In this document: positions 51,379 through 59,634 of the stretch, one piece after another
Position numbering within the stretch: the first letter of the stretch is position 1
Layout: each line of letters begins with the position of its first letter
Assembly (NCBI RefSeq): GCF_024223415.1
Contig: NZ_CP100503.1
Reading direction: 5' to 3' (one strand)
Origin: Escherichia coli
GTDB taxonomy: Bacteria > Pseudomonadota > Gammaproteobacteria > Enterobacterales > Enterobacteriaceae
DNA length: 64,000 bases
Notes under the pieces: generated by a model
The model's input: only the letters and a program-made list of their open reading frames with translations
Told to the model about the DNA's origin: nothing
Database searches by the model: none
Position numbers and translations under genes: made by a program

Positions 51379-51462
51379 GGTGAAATCGTGGCGATTTCAC
51401 CTTGAAATTTTAGATGGATTTACTTTAAAAACAGTAGGTTAATAGTGAAATTTGAATGGCGA
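51379..51462 (-). other. parS: parS centromere
   Basis: gtgaaatcgtggcgatttcac...(AT-rich IHF-like spacer)...agtgaaatttgaatggcga contains box A heptamers ATTTCAC and box B TCGCCA on both arms. It matches P1 parS from memory. Confidence 0.85.
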
Positions 51463-51466
51463 AAGT

Positions 51467-52468
51467 TTAAGGCTTCGGCTTTTTATCGAGGCTCTTTCTA
51501 AGGATATGCCCAATCATCCTGTCGAGTTCTTCCTGTAGCTCTTTTGAAAGTCGATTAAACTCATAAGAAAATGCACGGCCTTTCACGCGCTTCCTTGCAA
51601 AGCGATCCTTGTCCTCAAATTTCCATAATTCAGTAACTACGGACTTATCTTTAGAACCTTTATCCGTGAGTAGTGAGGCTTCCTTTGTTATCAAGCGCAG
51701 GATTTTATTTTTAACTTCATCTTCGGCCATTTCTTCAATGGATAAGATGTCGTTTATTTCCGGGGATATGTTTTGAATAAGCTGATCAAACTCTAAATTC
51801 TTGTTCCCCATTTCGTCGCCAACAGCACAAAGCGTTTTGTAGTCCGAAAAGGTTAATTCCGACTGCACAGGGAAAAGGGCGACTAATTCTTCCGGAGCAC
51901 TCGCTGCCTGGAGAGCACGCGTGACCTTCGCCTGAGACAGCCCTTCTTTGGCTGCAATATCCTTCTGACTCATCCCATCATTTTTCATTCGCATCAAACG
52001 CAGACCTATTTCTCGAATGCTGTGCTGCAATGCTGTCTGAACGTCTTTCGCTAAATTTTGCGCTTCCTGAACGCTGATCTCCTGGTCCGTGACTAAAACC
52101 CGCAACCCTACGTTCTCTAAGATGGCAGAAGCTCGACGCCGGGAACCATCCAAAATTTCAATTTTCCCTGTAGCCTGTCTAACACCTATTGCAGGGTAAA
52201 ATTGCTGATGCTTAATAGTGCTTCGGATACTTTTTAATGATTTTGGCGTAAGAGATGCCTGGTCACGCCCGTTGTTATGCTGATCAACAAAGGTATCGCT
52301 TTCTACCTGGTTCGGAGGTATTACCTCTTCAATAAATGTGGCCTGGCGACCAGTTGATAACTTGAATACCTGCTCGACTCGATCGCCAGAGGCTGAAGAA
52401 CTATCAAATCCGCTTAATATTGAAGGATTAAGGGTTCGCCCAATTGTTGGTCTGTTTTTCTTTGACAT
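51467..52468 (-). CDS. parB: ParB partition protein, 333 aa
   Basis: MSKKNRPTIGRTLNPSILSGFDSSSASGDRVEQVFKLSTGRQATFIEEVIPPNQVESDTF... matches P1 ParB from memory, and the length matches. Confidence 0.95.
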   Translation of the reverse strand: MSKKNRPTIGRTLNPSILSGFDSSSASGDRVEQVFKLSTGRQATFIEEVIPPNQVESDTFVDQHNNGRDQASLTPKSLKSIRSTIKHQQFYPAIGVRQATGKIEILDGSRRRASAILENVGLRVLVTDQEISVQEAQNLAKDVQTALQHSIREIGLRLMRMKNDGMSQKDIAAKEGLSQAKVTRALQAASAPEELVALFPVQSELTFSDYKTLCAVGDEMGNKNLEFDQLIQNISPEINDILSIEEMAEDEVKNKILRLITKEASLLTDKGSKDKSVVTELWKFEDKDRFARKRVKGRAFSYEFNRLSKELQEELDRMIGHILRKSLDKKPKP

Positions 52469-52484
52469 GGGGGTTTCTTACTCC

Positions 52485-53681
52485 TCAGTTAGATCTGATA
52501 AATTCAATACGGTCAAAAACTGCTTTAGCAAAATCTTCCGCAGCAATTCGCGCGTTCTTCAATGCATCAGCACTACCAACATACGTTGCCGGGTTAGCTG
52601 AAATAACAGTGTCAAAAGACTCGCCGCAGCGTTCAAAACCGTCAAGGCGAGGGAGGACGACATCAAGCATATCCCCACCGAACACTTCTTTAGCCAGGCT
52701 ATGGCAATACTTATGGTCTGCCTTGTTACTCAACTTGGACATAAAACCAATGTTAGTCGCAAGCTGGCACTCGCAGCCTTCATCCGAAATGAGTTTCACC
52801 AACTCAGGAAGGCGAGCAACATATTTAAGCGATGAGTGGAAATCAACCGTTGCAGGCGGCAGAGGTGTAAACAGTATATTGGCCGAGGCCAAAGCATTTT
52901 TCAGGAAGGCGTCAAGGTGAGGACCACTATCAACGAGGATAAAGTCATAATCGCTCTTCAGCTTATCAATCACATTTTCTTTCAGGACTGCATGGATGTT
53001 CTGACCCGGTAGATGCTCATTGCACAGCTCTCTCCAATCGGATGCAATAAAGGCATCGTCAATCGACGCAGGCATAACGTCAACCCCAGGTACAACAGAA
53101 GGAACAATAAACTCCTCTAACAGCTCTTCACGGCTTACATTCTGCAACATAGCCTGTGCAGATGTTGCGTTTACGATACCAATAGAGTGTTTATGGCTTA
53201 AAAACATCGTTGCTGAAGATTGCGGATCAAGGTCAATAACCAGAATCCTTAAATCTTCCATCAGAAGATGAGGGTGAGCACGCATTGCATGCGCCAGAGA
53301 AACCGTCGATACAGTTTTTGACACACCGCCTTTAAGATTGGAGATGAAAATCACATACGCTTCGCTGTAGCGATCCCGGTATTTTGGCACTCCGCGATGT
53401 TCATATATGTCAATGATGTTCTGAATTGACATCGCATATTTCATTGAAGAGCCAGCAGGGCGTTTATCGAAAACATAACCCTTTTCTTCCATTTCACTTA
53501 CGGCATAGTCAACGTTCGCTCGAGTCAGTAGAGGCAATTTTGCCAGTGCCGCTTTCGCATAGACTTGGTAAAACTCGTTCGCGTGTAGCTCATCCTTTTG
53601 CAACTGTACTTGTTCAGTCAGAACATTGAGCATTCTGTTTGCTCTTTGAGCAACCTTGTGAAGCTGGCTGGAATCACTCAT
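52485..53681 (-). CDS. parA: ParA partition ATPase, 398 aa
   Basis: Deviant Walker A KGGVSKT and an N-terminal HTH region. Matches P1 ParA. Confidence 0.95.
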   Translation of the reverse strand: MSDSSQLHKVAQRANRMLNVLTEQVQLQKDELHANEFYQVYAKAALAKLPLLTRANVDYAVSEMEEKGYVFDKRPAGSSMKYAMSIQNIIDIYEHRGVPKYRDRYSEAYVIFISNLKGGVSKTVSTVSLAHAMRAHPHLLMEDLRILVIDLDPQSSATMFLSHKHSIGIVNATSAQAMLQNVSREELLEEFIVPSVVPGVDVMPASIDDAFIASDWRELCNEHLPGQNIHAVLKENVIDKLKSDYDFILVDSGPHLDAFLKNALASANILFTPLPPATVDFHSSLKYVARLPELVKLISDEGCECQLATNIGFMSKLSNKADHKYCHSLAKEVFGGDMLDVVLPRLDGFERCGESFDTVISANPATYVGSADALKNARIAAEDFAKAVFDRIEFIRSN

Positions 53682-53821
53682 CGAAAGTCATCCTTTATGC
53701 TGTATTTTTGAATTTACTTAAAAATGCTGCATAAAATAATAATGTATGCACAGATGCTTGTACATAGCATTCTCTGCATGTTTGGTTCATTTTGCACGAT
53801 TGAGAGTTACAAGGAGGACAC

Positions 53822-53842
53822 AAAAAAGCCCCGTTCAGGGGC
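53822..53842 (-). terminator. Rho-independent terminator after the T5orf172-like gene
   Basis: Minus strand reads gcccc-tgaac-ggggc followed by tttttt. Confidence 0.7.
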
Positions 53843-53849
53843 ATCAGTG

Positions 53850-54659
53850 TTATTTGCTAAGAGCAGCGAATAATCGTTCGAAATCGATAGTATCTATAGC
53901 ACGCGTAAGCGCCGGAAGTTCAGTCTCAAAGTACCCGTGTCGATCGTAAAAGAAGGGACCGAAGAGCGAGGCATGTTGGATTCTACTTCGCCCCAGCCCG
54001 GACACACAGTTAAGCCCATTACCGGCTAAAAGGCTAAAAAACTTCTCTGGATTATCGTGGTAAAGCTGGGAATCAATGGTGGCGGTTAACTCTTCCATAG
54101 GGAAGCACACCCGCCCTGTCTCCCAGGGATATTTAGTCCGAAGCATAAACACTGCTTTCAGCAATTCACATTGAGCGCGGATCGCGTCCGGTTCATAGCC
54201 AGATATGGAGACATAAGCCACGTCCCTCATTCCTGCGTCATCTTTGAAAGTCACGATAGAAGTAACATCCAACTCTTTTTCGAAAGAGCGAGCAGCATCT
54301 ACTGGACGCTGAAGTAAATCATTCGACTTAATGCGCTCGAGAATCCCTCCCCACATATCATTTAGATATTCGATATGAGCCAAAACCTTATCAAGACACT
54401 CTCGTGTAAACCATTCAGTATGCCCGCCACCGGCGCTTTTCTCCCACGGCGCATTCCAGGGGAAAAAGGTTGCGTGTAAAGCCCGCTCAAGATTAACTAT
54501 TGCCAAACGCGTACCACGATAGACCCGTGAAAGCGCAAAATCGGGACTCACTTGTAGCCCTTTAAACCGTGCCAATGGACCACATGAAATGCCGATTTTA
54601 AAAGTATCTCCATTCTCCGGCACCAGAACGTAGAGGTAGTGTTGTTTCTCTTCTTGCAT
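53850..54659 (-). CDS. T5orf172 / GIY-YIG-like domain protein, 269 aa
   Basis: N-terminal YLYVLVPENGDTFKIGIS...LERALHATF...GGHTEWF is the T5orf172 (MUG113-like) signature. The C-terminal ~150 aa are unrecognised. Confidence 0.65.
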   Translation of the reverse strand: MQEEKQHYLYVLVPENGDTFKIGISCGPLARFKGLQVSPDFALSRVYRGTRLAIVNLERALHATFFPWNAPWEKSAGGGHTEWFTRECLDKVLAHIEYLNDMWGGILERIKSNDLLQRPVDAARSFEKELDVTSIVTFKDDAGMRDVAYVSISGYEPDAIRAQCELLKAVFMLRTKYPWETGRVCFPMEELTATIDSQLYHDNPEKFFSLLAGNGLNCVSGLGRSRIQHASLFGPFFYDRHGYFETELPALTRAIDTIDFERLFAALSK

Positions 54660-54693
54660 ATCAATACCACTGCTTGATGAGAACCGCGCAAAT

Positions 54694-54950
54694 GTTGACT
54701 ATGCGCGAAAGTTAATGTGAATAGTTGACTATGCGCGATGTGACTACAGTAAAAAGTTGACTGTAGTCGATTTAACTCCACCAAAGATCGACTATGTAAG
54801 ATATTGTCGGGAGAAACGTTGACTATACGCGATGAAATGACCCTAAAAGCCATCTCAATAGCGACTTGCAGAATATTGACGCCAGCAAAAATCCACCAGC
54901 GTCAACGAATGTCGCCTATAGTCAACTTCTCGCTATCGCATATAGTCAAT
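54694..54950. repeat. incA: incA-like iteron array downstream of repA (about 8 copies, both orientations)
   Basis: Copies of GTTGACTATGCGCGA / its complement TCGCGTATAGTCAAC occur at ~54694, 54724, 54756, 54818, 54910 and 54935, plus degenerate copies. Confidence 0.8.
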
Positions 54951-54951
54951 A

Positions 54952-55836
54952 TTATGGATTACGCTTATGGATCTGGAAGCCGATTTTCCTGCCGTTTTTT
55001 ATCTCTGAAAATTTAAGATATTCAATAGCTTCCAAATCTTTCATGGCTTTTCTGATAACGCTATTTTGCACGCTAACGGATGATTTGAGATTAAGCCTTG
55101 CTCTAAGGCGCTCAATGCTGACAGGTGCCGGGTTGGCGGGTAGAGCCTCAAAGAATGTATACAGTACCTTGGCCGTCTCTTTGCGCCCGAGCTTATCCAG
55201 CATCTTCAGCTTCAGGATTCGCTTATAGTCAACATAGTAAAGTTCAGATAGCTGTTTCTGCGGCTGGATCTCGATAACATCAAGCTCGGTATTCAGGCTG
55301 CTATATGCCAACAAGTTGACGTTAATGTTATTGAGATGACCTTTTGCCGCCGGGAAGCGGAATTTGACAACTGTCTGCTGAATGCGTGTCAGAGAGTCAT
55401 CAATACTTTTACGGAACGCCTTTGAAAGGCGCTTACGTGGATAGCCGCATCGATCGGCAAACTCGGAGAATGGCAGGGTGATTATGCCGTCATCATCAGG
55501 TGCGTAGTCAAACAACGCGGAGGTTATGCCCACCCACACCTTAAAATCAGTATCCATATCCAGGCGTGGACCATGAATTTCAATTCCCTCATAGCCTTCC
55601 TGCTCAACAATTTTGAGGCTTGATAGTTCTTCGGTTGCGTTCGTTGTGTTTGTAGTAACTGACGATCCGCGACGTAGTGCCACATTGGTAGATTTTAAGG
55701 TTGGCACAAACACACCTAAGCGCAACAAAGCGATGGGTTGTATAGTGCTATTGTTATTGGGTTTCAGGCTGTGGATTTCTCCTGTATTTCCTGCAACTTC
55801 TTCAACGCTAAGGAAGCCTTTATTTTCTTCCGGCAT
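54952..55836 (-). CDS. repA: RepA plasmid replication initiator (iteron-binding), 294 aa
   Basis: Homologous but clearly not identical to P1 RepA (shared ...LLRLGVFVP...GPRLDMDTDFK.W.G...). I prefer ATG 55836 with SD ggag over the track start 55893. Confidence 0.85.
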   Translation of the reverse strand: MPEENKGFLSVEEVAGNTGEIHSLKPNNNSTIQPIALLRLGVFVPTLKSTNVALRRGSSVTTNTTNATEELSSLKIVEQEGYEGIEIHGPRLDMDTDFKVWVGITSALFDYAPDDDGIITLPFSEFADRCGYPRKRLSKAFRKSIDDSLTRIQQTVVKFRFPAAKGHLNNINVNLLAYSSLNTELDVIEIQPQKQLSELYYVDYKRILKLKMLDKLGRKETAKVLYTFFEALPANPAPVSIERLRARLNLKSSVSVQNSVIRKAMKDLEAIEYLKFSEIKNGRKIGFQIHKRNP

Positions 55837-55913
55837 CGTGGTTTCTCCATATGTGGCGCGGCCTGGCGTCATCTGGATTGCAGTTATCAACAACTGTGAA
55901 TAGTCAGGCTCTA

Positions 55914-56015
55914 AAATCGCGTACAGTCAATGTTTCTGTCGCGTATAGTCAACAATAAATCGCGTGCAGTCAACAATAAATCGTGCACAGTCAACATAAA
56001 ATCGCGTATAGTCAA
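55914..56015 (+). repeat. incC: Five direct iterons (incC) in oriR, ~21-bp spacing
   Basis: aaatcgcgtacagtcaa, tgtcgcgtatagtcaac, aaatcgcgtgcagtcaac, aaatcgtgcacagtcaac, aaatcgcgtatagtcaa. Confidence 0.85.
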
Positions 56016-56056
56016 TGTTAATCCCATTTCAGGCCAGAAATGGCGCGGCTTACAGC

Positions 56057-56127
56057 GATCCGGGATCTTCTTTGGATCTTCCTGGGTTCTCTTTAGGATC
56101 TGTTTATTGGATCTATGCTGTGGATAA
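56057..56127 (+). other. oriR: oriR core: five GATC-containing repeats plus a DnaA box
   Basis: GATC occurs at 56057, 56064, 56075, 56097 and 56110. tgtggataa (56119-56127) is the complement of the DnaA box TTATCCACA. The layout is the same as P1 oriR. Confidence 0.8.
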
Positions 56128-56169
56128 GTTGAATAAACCGGCCAACATAGCCGGTTGGAAGGAAGGGTA

Positions 56170-56562
56170 TTATTCTACGCTTTCGATAAGAAGACCATGT
56201 TCATAACATTTAAGCTCATCGCCTTCGTACAGGAATTGGTATCCAATACCACCATTTTCATGGACATTAGGGAATAACTCATAACTCACTGAAGAGCAAA
56301 TCACACCAATGCAACGATCAACGCCTTCTCGTTCTTCAGTGCTGAAAAAATCCTCTTCGGTAAGAACATGAGTACATTGCTCATCAGCATAGGTCGGAAA
56401 TACATGCTCGATGCAATCCGGGTGTTTTAAACCAAGCTGATCGGCAAGCTCGAAAGCATGACGGTATTGTTCAGATCCTGGCTTGCCAACAGTGATGTGC
56501 TCAATTTTGTAGATTGAAGTCGCTTTGTTGATAGTTTGCTTTACTGTTACTTTATCAGACAT
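56170..56562 (-). CDS. Hypothetical 130-aa protein (P1 upfA position)
   Basis: ORF with synteny support only. Confidence 0.5.
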   Translation of the reverse strand: MSDKVTVKQTINKATSIYKIEHITVGKPGSEQYRHAFELADQLGLKHPDCIEHVFPTYADEQCTHVLTEEDFFSTEEREGVDRCIGVICSSVSYELFPNVHENGGIGYQFLYEGDELKCYEHGLLIESVE

Positions 56563-56573
56563 AAAAATCCCTT

Positions 56574-56825
56574 TTAGTTACCGCTGATAGCGCGGTTGTA
56601 ATCATTAACGTTGCGATTCTTCCTGTTAATCCCCTTCAGCATCGTTTCTGTATCAAGGATATAGGCTGGCAGATCATCAAAATATTCACTGCTAAATTCT
56701 GGCATCCTGCACATAAATGCACTTTTGGGGGCAGGGTGGTTAACCTTTGTCGGCGTCGGCGTTAAATTCGCTGATCGACTCCCGGAGCAACCGCTGAGTG
56801 TCAGCAGGAATACGCTGGCGAACAT
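56574..56825 (-). CDS. mlp: Lipoprotein (P1 mlp); candidate o-spanin
   Basis: MFASVFLLTLSGC|SGSRSANLTPTPTKVNHPAP has a lipobox followed by a Pro/Thr-rich segment. The track ORF extends to 56906. Its start lies inside the upstream gene in another frame. Confidence 0.65.
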   Translation of the reverse strand: MFASVFLLTLSGCSGSRSANLTPTPTKVNHPAPKSAFMCRMPEFSSEYFDDLPAYILDTETMLKGINRKNRNVNDYNRAISGN

Positions 56826-57162
56826 TACCCGCCGCAACCAGTTGTTTCTGAACTTCAGCTTTTCGTTCCATTTGCCTGTCAGCATACTTGGCTTGTTCTG
56901 ATTCATTTTTCACTTCCTGGCTGTGAAAATGTTGCTCTGCTTTGTTCATCGTCTCAATGGCCTGGTTAAGATCCATTATTGACTTATCACGTTCCTTAAC
57001 AGCCTGATCAAGACTGCCAATTTTCTCCATGGCTTGCTTTAGCTGATGACGTTCCCATGCAAACCCAGCACCAACAAGTGCGCAAATCAGAACAAGAACA
57101 CCAGTAGCAGCAAGTTTCTCCTTCAAAGACAAAGCTGTTTTTAACGTAGAAAAGAATGACAT
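56740..57162 (-). CDS. ppfA: Membrane-anchored periplasmic coiled-coil protein (P1 ppfA); candidate i-spanin
   Basis: MSFFSTLKTALSLKEKLAATGVLVLICALVGAGFAW (TM segment) is followed by a charged coiled-coil. The 3' end overlaps the mlp start. Confidence 0.6.
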   Translation of the reverse strand: MSFFSTLKTALSLKEKLAATGVLVLICALVGAGFAWERHQLKQAMEKIGSLDQAVKERDKSIMDLNQAIETMNKAEQHFHSQEVKNESEQAKYADRQMERKAEVQKQLVAAGNVRQRIPADTQRLLRESISEFNADADKG

Positions 57163-57201
57163 GTCTTCCTCCTGAAGAAAAATTATCAATGAAGTCCTTT
57201 G

Positions 57202-58047
57202 TTACTGTGCCGCTTTGTTTAATTCATCAAGAACAGAATCAGGAACCAAAGCGGCAACTGCGCTGGCTGTGCTGGCCTTATTTGCTGATGCTTCCGCAAG
57301 CGCGGTACCGATAGCATGGTTATAAGCAGTTATGGCTACGTTGGCGCTTTCATTCGCTCGTTCATACTGCTGTTGTAACGCAGTTGTGGGCGCTGTTGTC
57401 TGGTTGAAAACAACCCCAAACTGTTCAGTTGCTACTTTCAGAGATTCAATTTGCTCTTCTGTTAGTGCTGGTGGGGGAATGGCAGTGCCGCCGCCTGAAC
57501 CAGAGCCTGACGAGCTTCCTGAACCAGTGTTAAGGGTCTGGTTAATCTCCCCCATAGCAGCGACTAAACTTGATGTATTAAGCGCGTTAACAGCGTCCTC
57601 AAGCGATTTAGTAATATTCACATCACCAATGGCAATAGAGATCAGCAGTTCTGAAACTTCTCGCTCATTAGCACGGCAGTAAACATCCCAACCAATATCG
57701 AGTTGAAGCAGCATTGACAGATCTGCATAACCAGCCAACAGGTCCGCGTGCTTAGTTGCCAGTTCTCCAATGTTCGTTAAGCCGGTTGTGGTTGTTCTGA
57801 TCGTTGAAACATAGCTGGTAATAGTGTCGGGATAGACAATTGTATCCAGAATTAATCCGGTCAATTCTTCTGCAAGCTGTTTTGCCGTGTTAGCACTGTT
57901 TCGTGCCGATGTTATGGCACCAGGTGTTTTCATCCCACCGGCAGCGGCCAATTTTTTATATGCGGATAACTGGTAGTCTTTTTCCAGCATGATATCTCCT
58001 AACTTACCTGAACCAGGCCGTCTCCTGACGCTACGGTAGAGCCGCAT
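57202..58047 (-). CDS. Hypothetical 281-aa protein with a Gly/Ser linker (P1 upfB position)
   Basis: ORF containing an internal GSGSSSGSGSGGG. The true start may be the internal MLEKDY (57990). Confidence 0.5.
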   Translation of the reverse strand: MRLYRSVRRRPGSGKLGDIMLEKDYQLSAYKKLAAAGGMKTPGAITSARNSANTAKQLAEELTGLILDTIVYPDTITSYVSTIRTTTTGLTNIGELATKHADLLAGYADLSMLLQLDIGWDVYCRANEREVSELLISIAIGDVNITKSLEDAVNALNTSSLVAAMGEINQTLNTGSGSSSGSGSGGGTAIPPPALTEEQIESLKVATEQFGVVFNQTTAPTTALQQQYERANESANVAITAYNHAIGTALAEASANKASTASAVAALVPDSVLDELNKAAQ

Positions 58048-58283
58048 GAAACAGGGTCACCAACGCATACGACCCCTTTACCATTGACGGTAAACCATGC
58101 CCTGGTTGATATAGCTTGCCCACCGTGCGTACTGTTTCCATCGGTATGCTGTGCATATTGCTTACCATCAACTAACACTTCGACTCCGTTGACTTTAAGT
58201 AGTGGTTCACTCTCTACAGGAGGCCTGGATGGGAATCCTCCGTGCCCCGAACAAATGCTGTCTTTTGTTGCAATACTTGCCAC
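57999..58283 (-). CDS. PAAR-domain protein, 94 aa (P1 upfC position)
   Basis: DSICSGHGG...VNGVEVLVDG...HTDGNSTHGG...VNGKGVVCVGDPVSCGSTVASG shows repeated beta-strand/metal-ligand motifs typical of PAAR spike-tip proteins. Confidence 0.65.
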   Translation of the reverse strand: MASIATKDSICSGHGGFPSRPPVESEPLLKVNGVEVLVDGKQYAQHTDGNSTHGGQAISTRAWFTVNGKGVVCVGDPVSCGSTVASGDGLVQVS

Positions 58284-58363
58284 GTCATCACCAATTATTT
58301 GCTCTGGTTTTTGTTATTTTAACTTAGGTTACTTGTGGTCTAAATGGCGTTAACTATTGCATA

Positions 58364-58380
58364 ATTGCTCTAATAAATAT
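58364..58380 (+). promoter_or_regulatory. C1 operator upstream of the uhr-hrdC-dmt operon
   Basis: attgctctaataaatat, 16/17. Confidence 0.75.
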
Positions 58381-58451
58381 TGTTTTTTATGTCGTGTTTT
58401 CGGTACCATTCAGCCATCGCCCTTCAATGGGCATTTGTTTGGAGTCGTCAG

Positions 58452-58736
58452 ATGCAGATGGAGCTAATAAGCCGCAAGGAGTTCGATAGCCGTGTAACCA
58501 GCGGTGAACTCGACAACTTGCAGGCTATCAAGGTGAAAGAAGGCTTTTGCCTCATTGGGAATCAGAGCGGAACAAATCGCGTTTTTATGCTTCGCCGTAC
58601 GGATTTGAAGCCATTTGTCTGGAAGAACGAAATTGGTCCCAGCTCATACGCTCAAACGAGGGGGTGCCACAACCTGGCCTTTTTCTACAAAGACGAGCTT
58701 TCTGTGGTTGATATTCAAGGGTTACAACATGTTTAA
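58452..58736 (+). CDS. Hypothetical 94-aa protein (P1 uhr position)
   Basis: ATG 58452 with SD ggag. It overlaps the hrdC start. Confidence 0.5.
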   Translation: MQMELISRKEFDSRVTSGELDNLQAIKVKEGFCLIGNQSGTNRVFMLRRTDLKPFVWKNEIGPSSYAQTRGCHNLAFFYKDELSVVDIQGLQHV

Positions 58737-59634
58737 GCACTGGAAAAACATTACTATTTATAAACTTTCTCGTGAGGCGGATCTGACCGACTTAGAAGAT
58801 AAAAAGAAAATGATCCTTTTCACGCCATGCGGTAGTCAGGATATGGCCAAGTTCGGTTTTGTATCTCCATTTGGTGATAATTCCGAAGTTATCGCTATGC
58901 ATGGAAATGGTTTTATCCTTGTTGAAGCAAAGCGCGAAACAAAAATTCTTCCCCCGCCGGTTATCCAGCGAGCTATTCAAGAAAAAATTGAAAAACTTGA
59001 GCAAGAACAAGCGCGTAAACTGAAGAAAACAGAGAAGGACTCCCTGAAAGACGAAGTTCTGCATTCTCTTCTGCCACGGGCTTTTTCAAAGTTTTCTGTT
59101 ATCCAGGCGATCTACGACGGTTCAACTAAACGTATCTATATCAATGCCAGCACGCGGCAGGCAGAGGATATGCTCGCGCTTATGCGTAAGTCTCTGGGTT
59201 CTCTTCCTGTTGTTCCCCTGAGTGTTGAAAATCCCATTGAATTAACGCTGACCGACTGGGTACGTGATGGTAGTGCTCCACAGGGATTTCAAATGGGGGA
59301 TGCGGCAGAACTTAAGGCAGTGCTTGAGGATGGCGGTATTGCCCGAGTGAAAAAGCAGGATTTGGGAAGCGATGAAATTTCCACACACCTGGAAGCTGGC
59401 AAGCTCGTCACTAAGTTGGCACTCGACTGGCAGAACCGCATTAAATTTACACTGGACCATAACTTCAGCCTTACCAGCGTCAAATTTGCGGATGAATTGC
59501 TTGAGCAGAACTCTGATATTGATAGTGAAGATGTAGCGCAGCGACTGGACGCAGATTTCTTCCTGTTGACCAGTGAAATTTCGTGCCTGGTTGATGCTCT
59601 GGTAAATGCCCTTGGTGGAGAGGCTAAGCAGTGA
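58729..59634 (+). CDS. hrdC: RdgC-family recombination-associated protein (P1 HrdC), 301 aa
   Basis: Collinear similarity to E. coli RdgC from memory ([14 protein letters not shown]...[42 protein letters not shown]...[25 protein letters not shown]). Confidence 0.9.
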   Translation: MFKHWKNITIYKLSREADLTDLEDKKKMILFTPCGSQDMAKFGFVSPFGDNSEVIAMHGNGFILVEAKRETKILPPPVIQRAIQEKIEKLEQEQARKLKKTEKDSLKDEVLHSLLPRAFSKFSVIQAIYDGSTKRIYINASTRQAEDMLALMRKSLGSLPVVPLSVENPIELTLTDWVRDGSAPQGFQMGDAAELKAVLEDGGIARVKKQDLGSDEISTHLEAGKLVTKLALDWQNRIKFTLDHNFSLTSVKFADELLEQNSDIDSEDVAQRLDADFFLLTSEISCLVDALVNALGGEAKQ

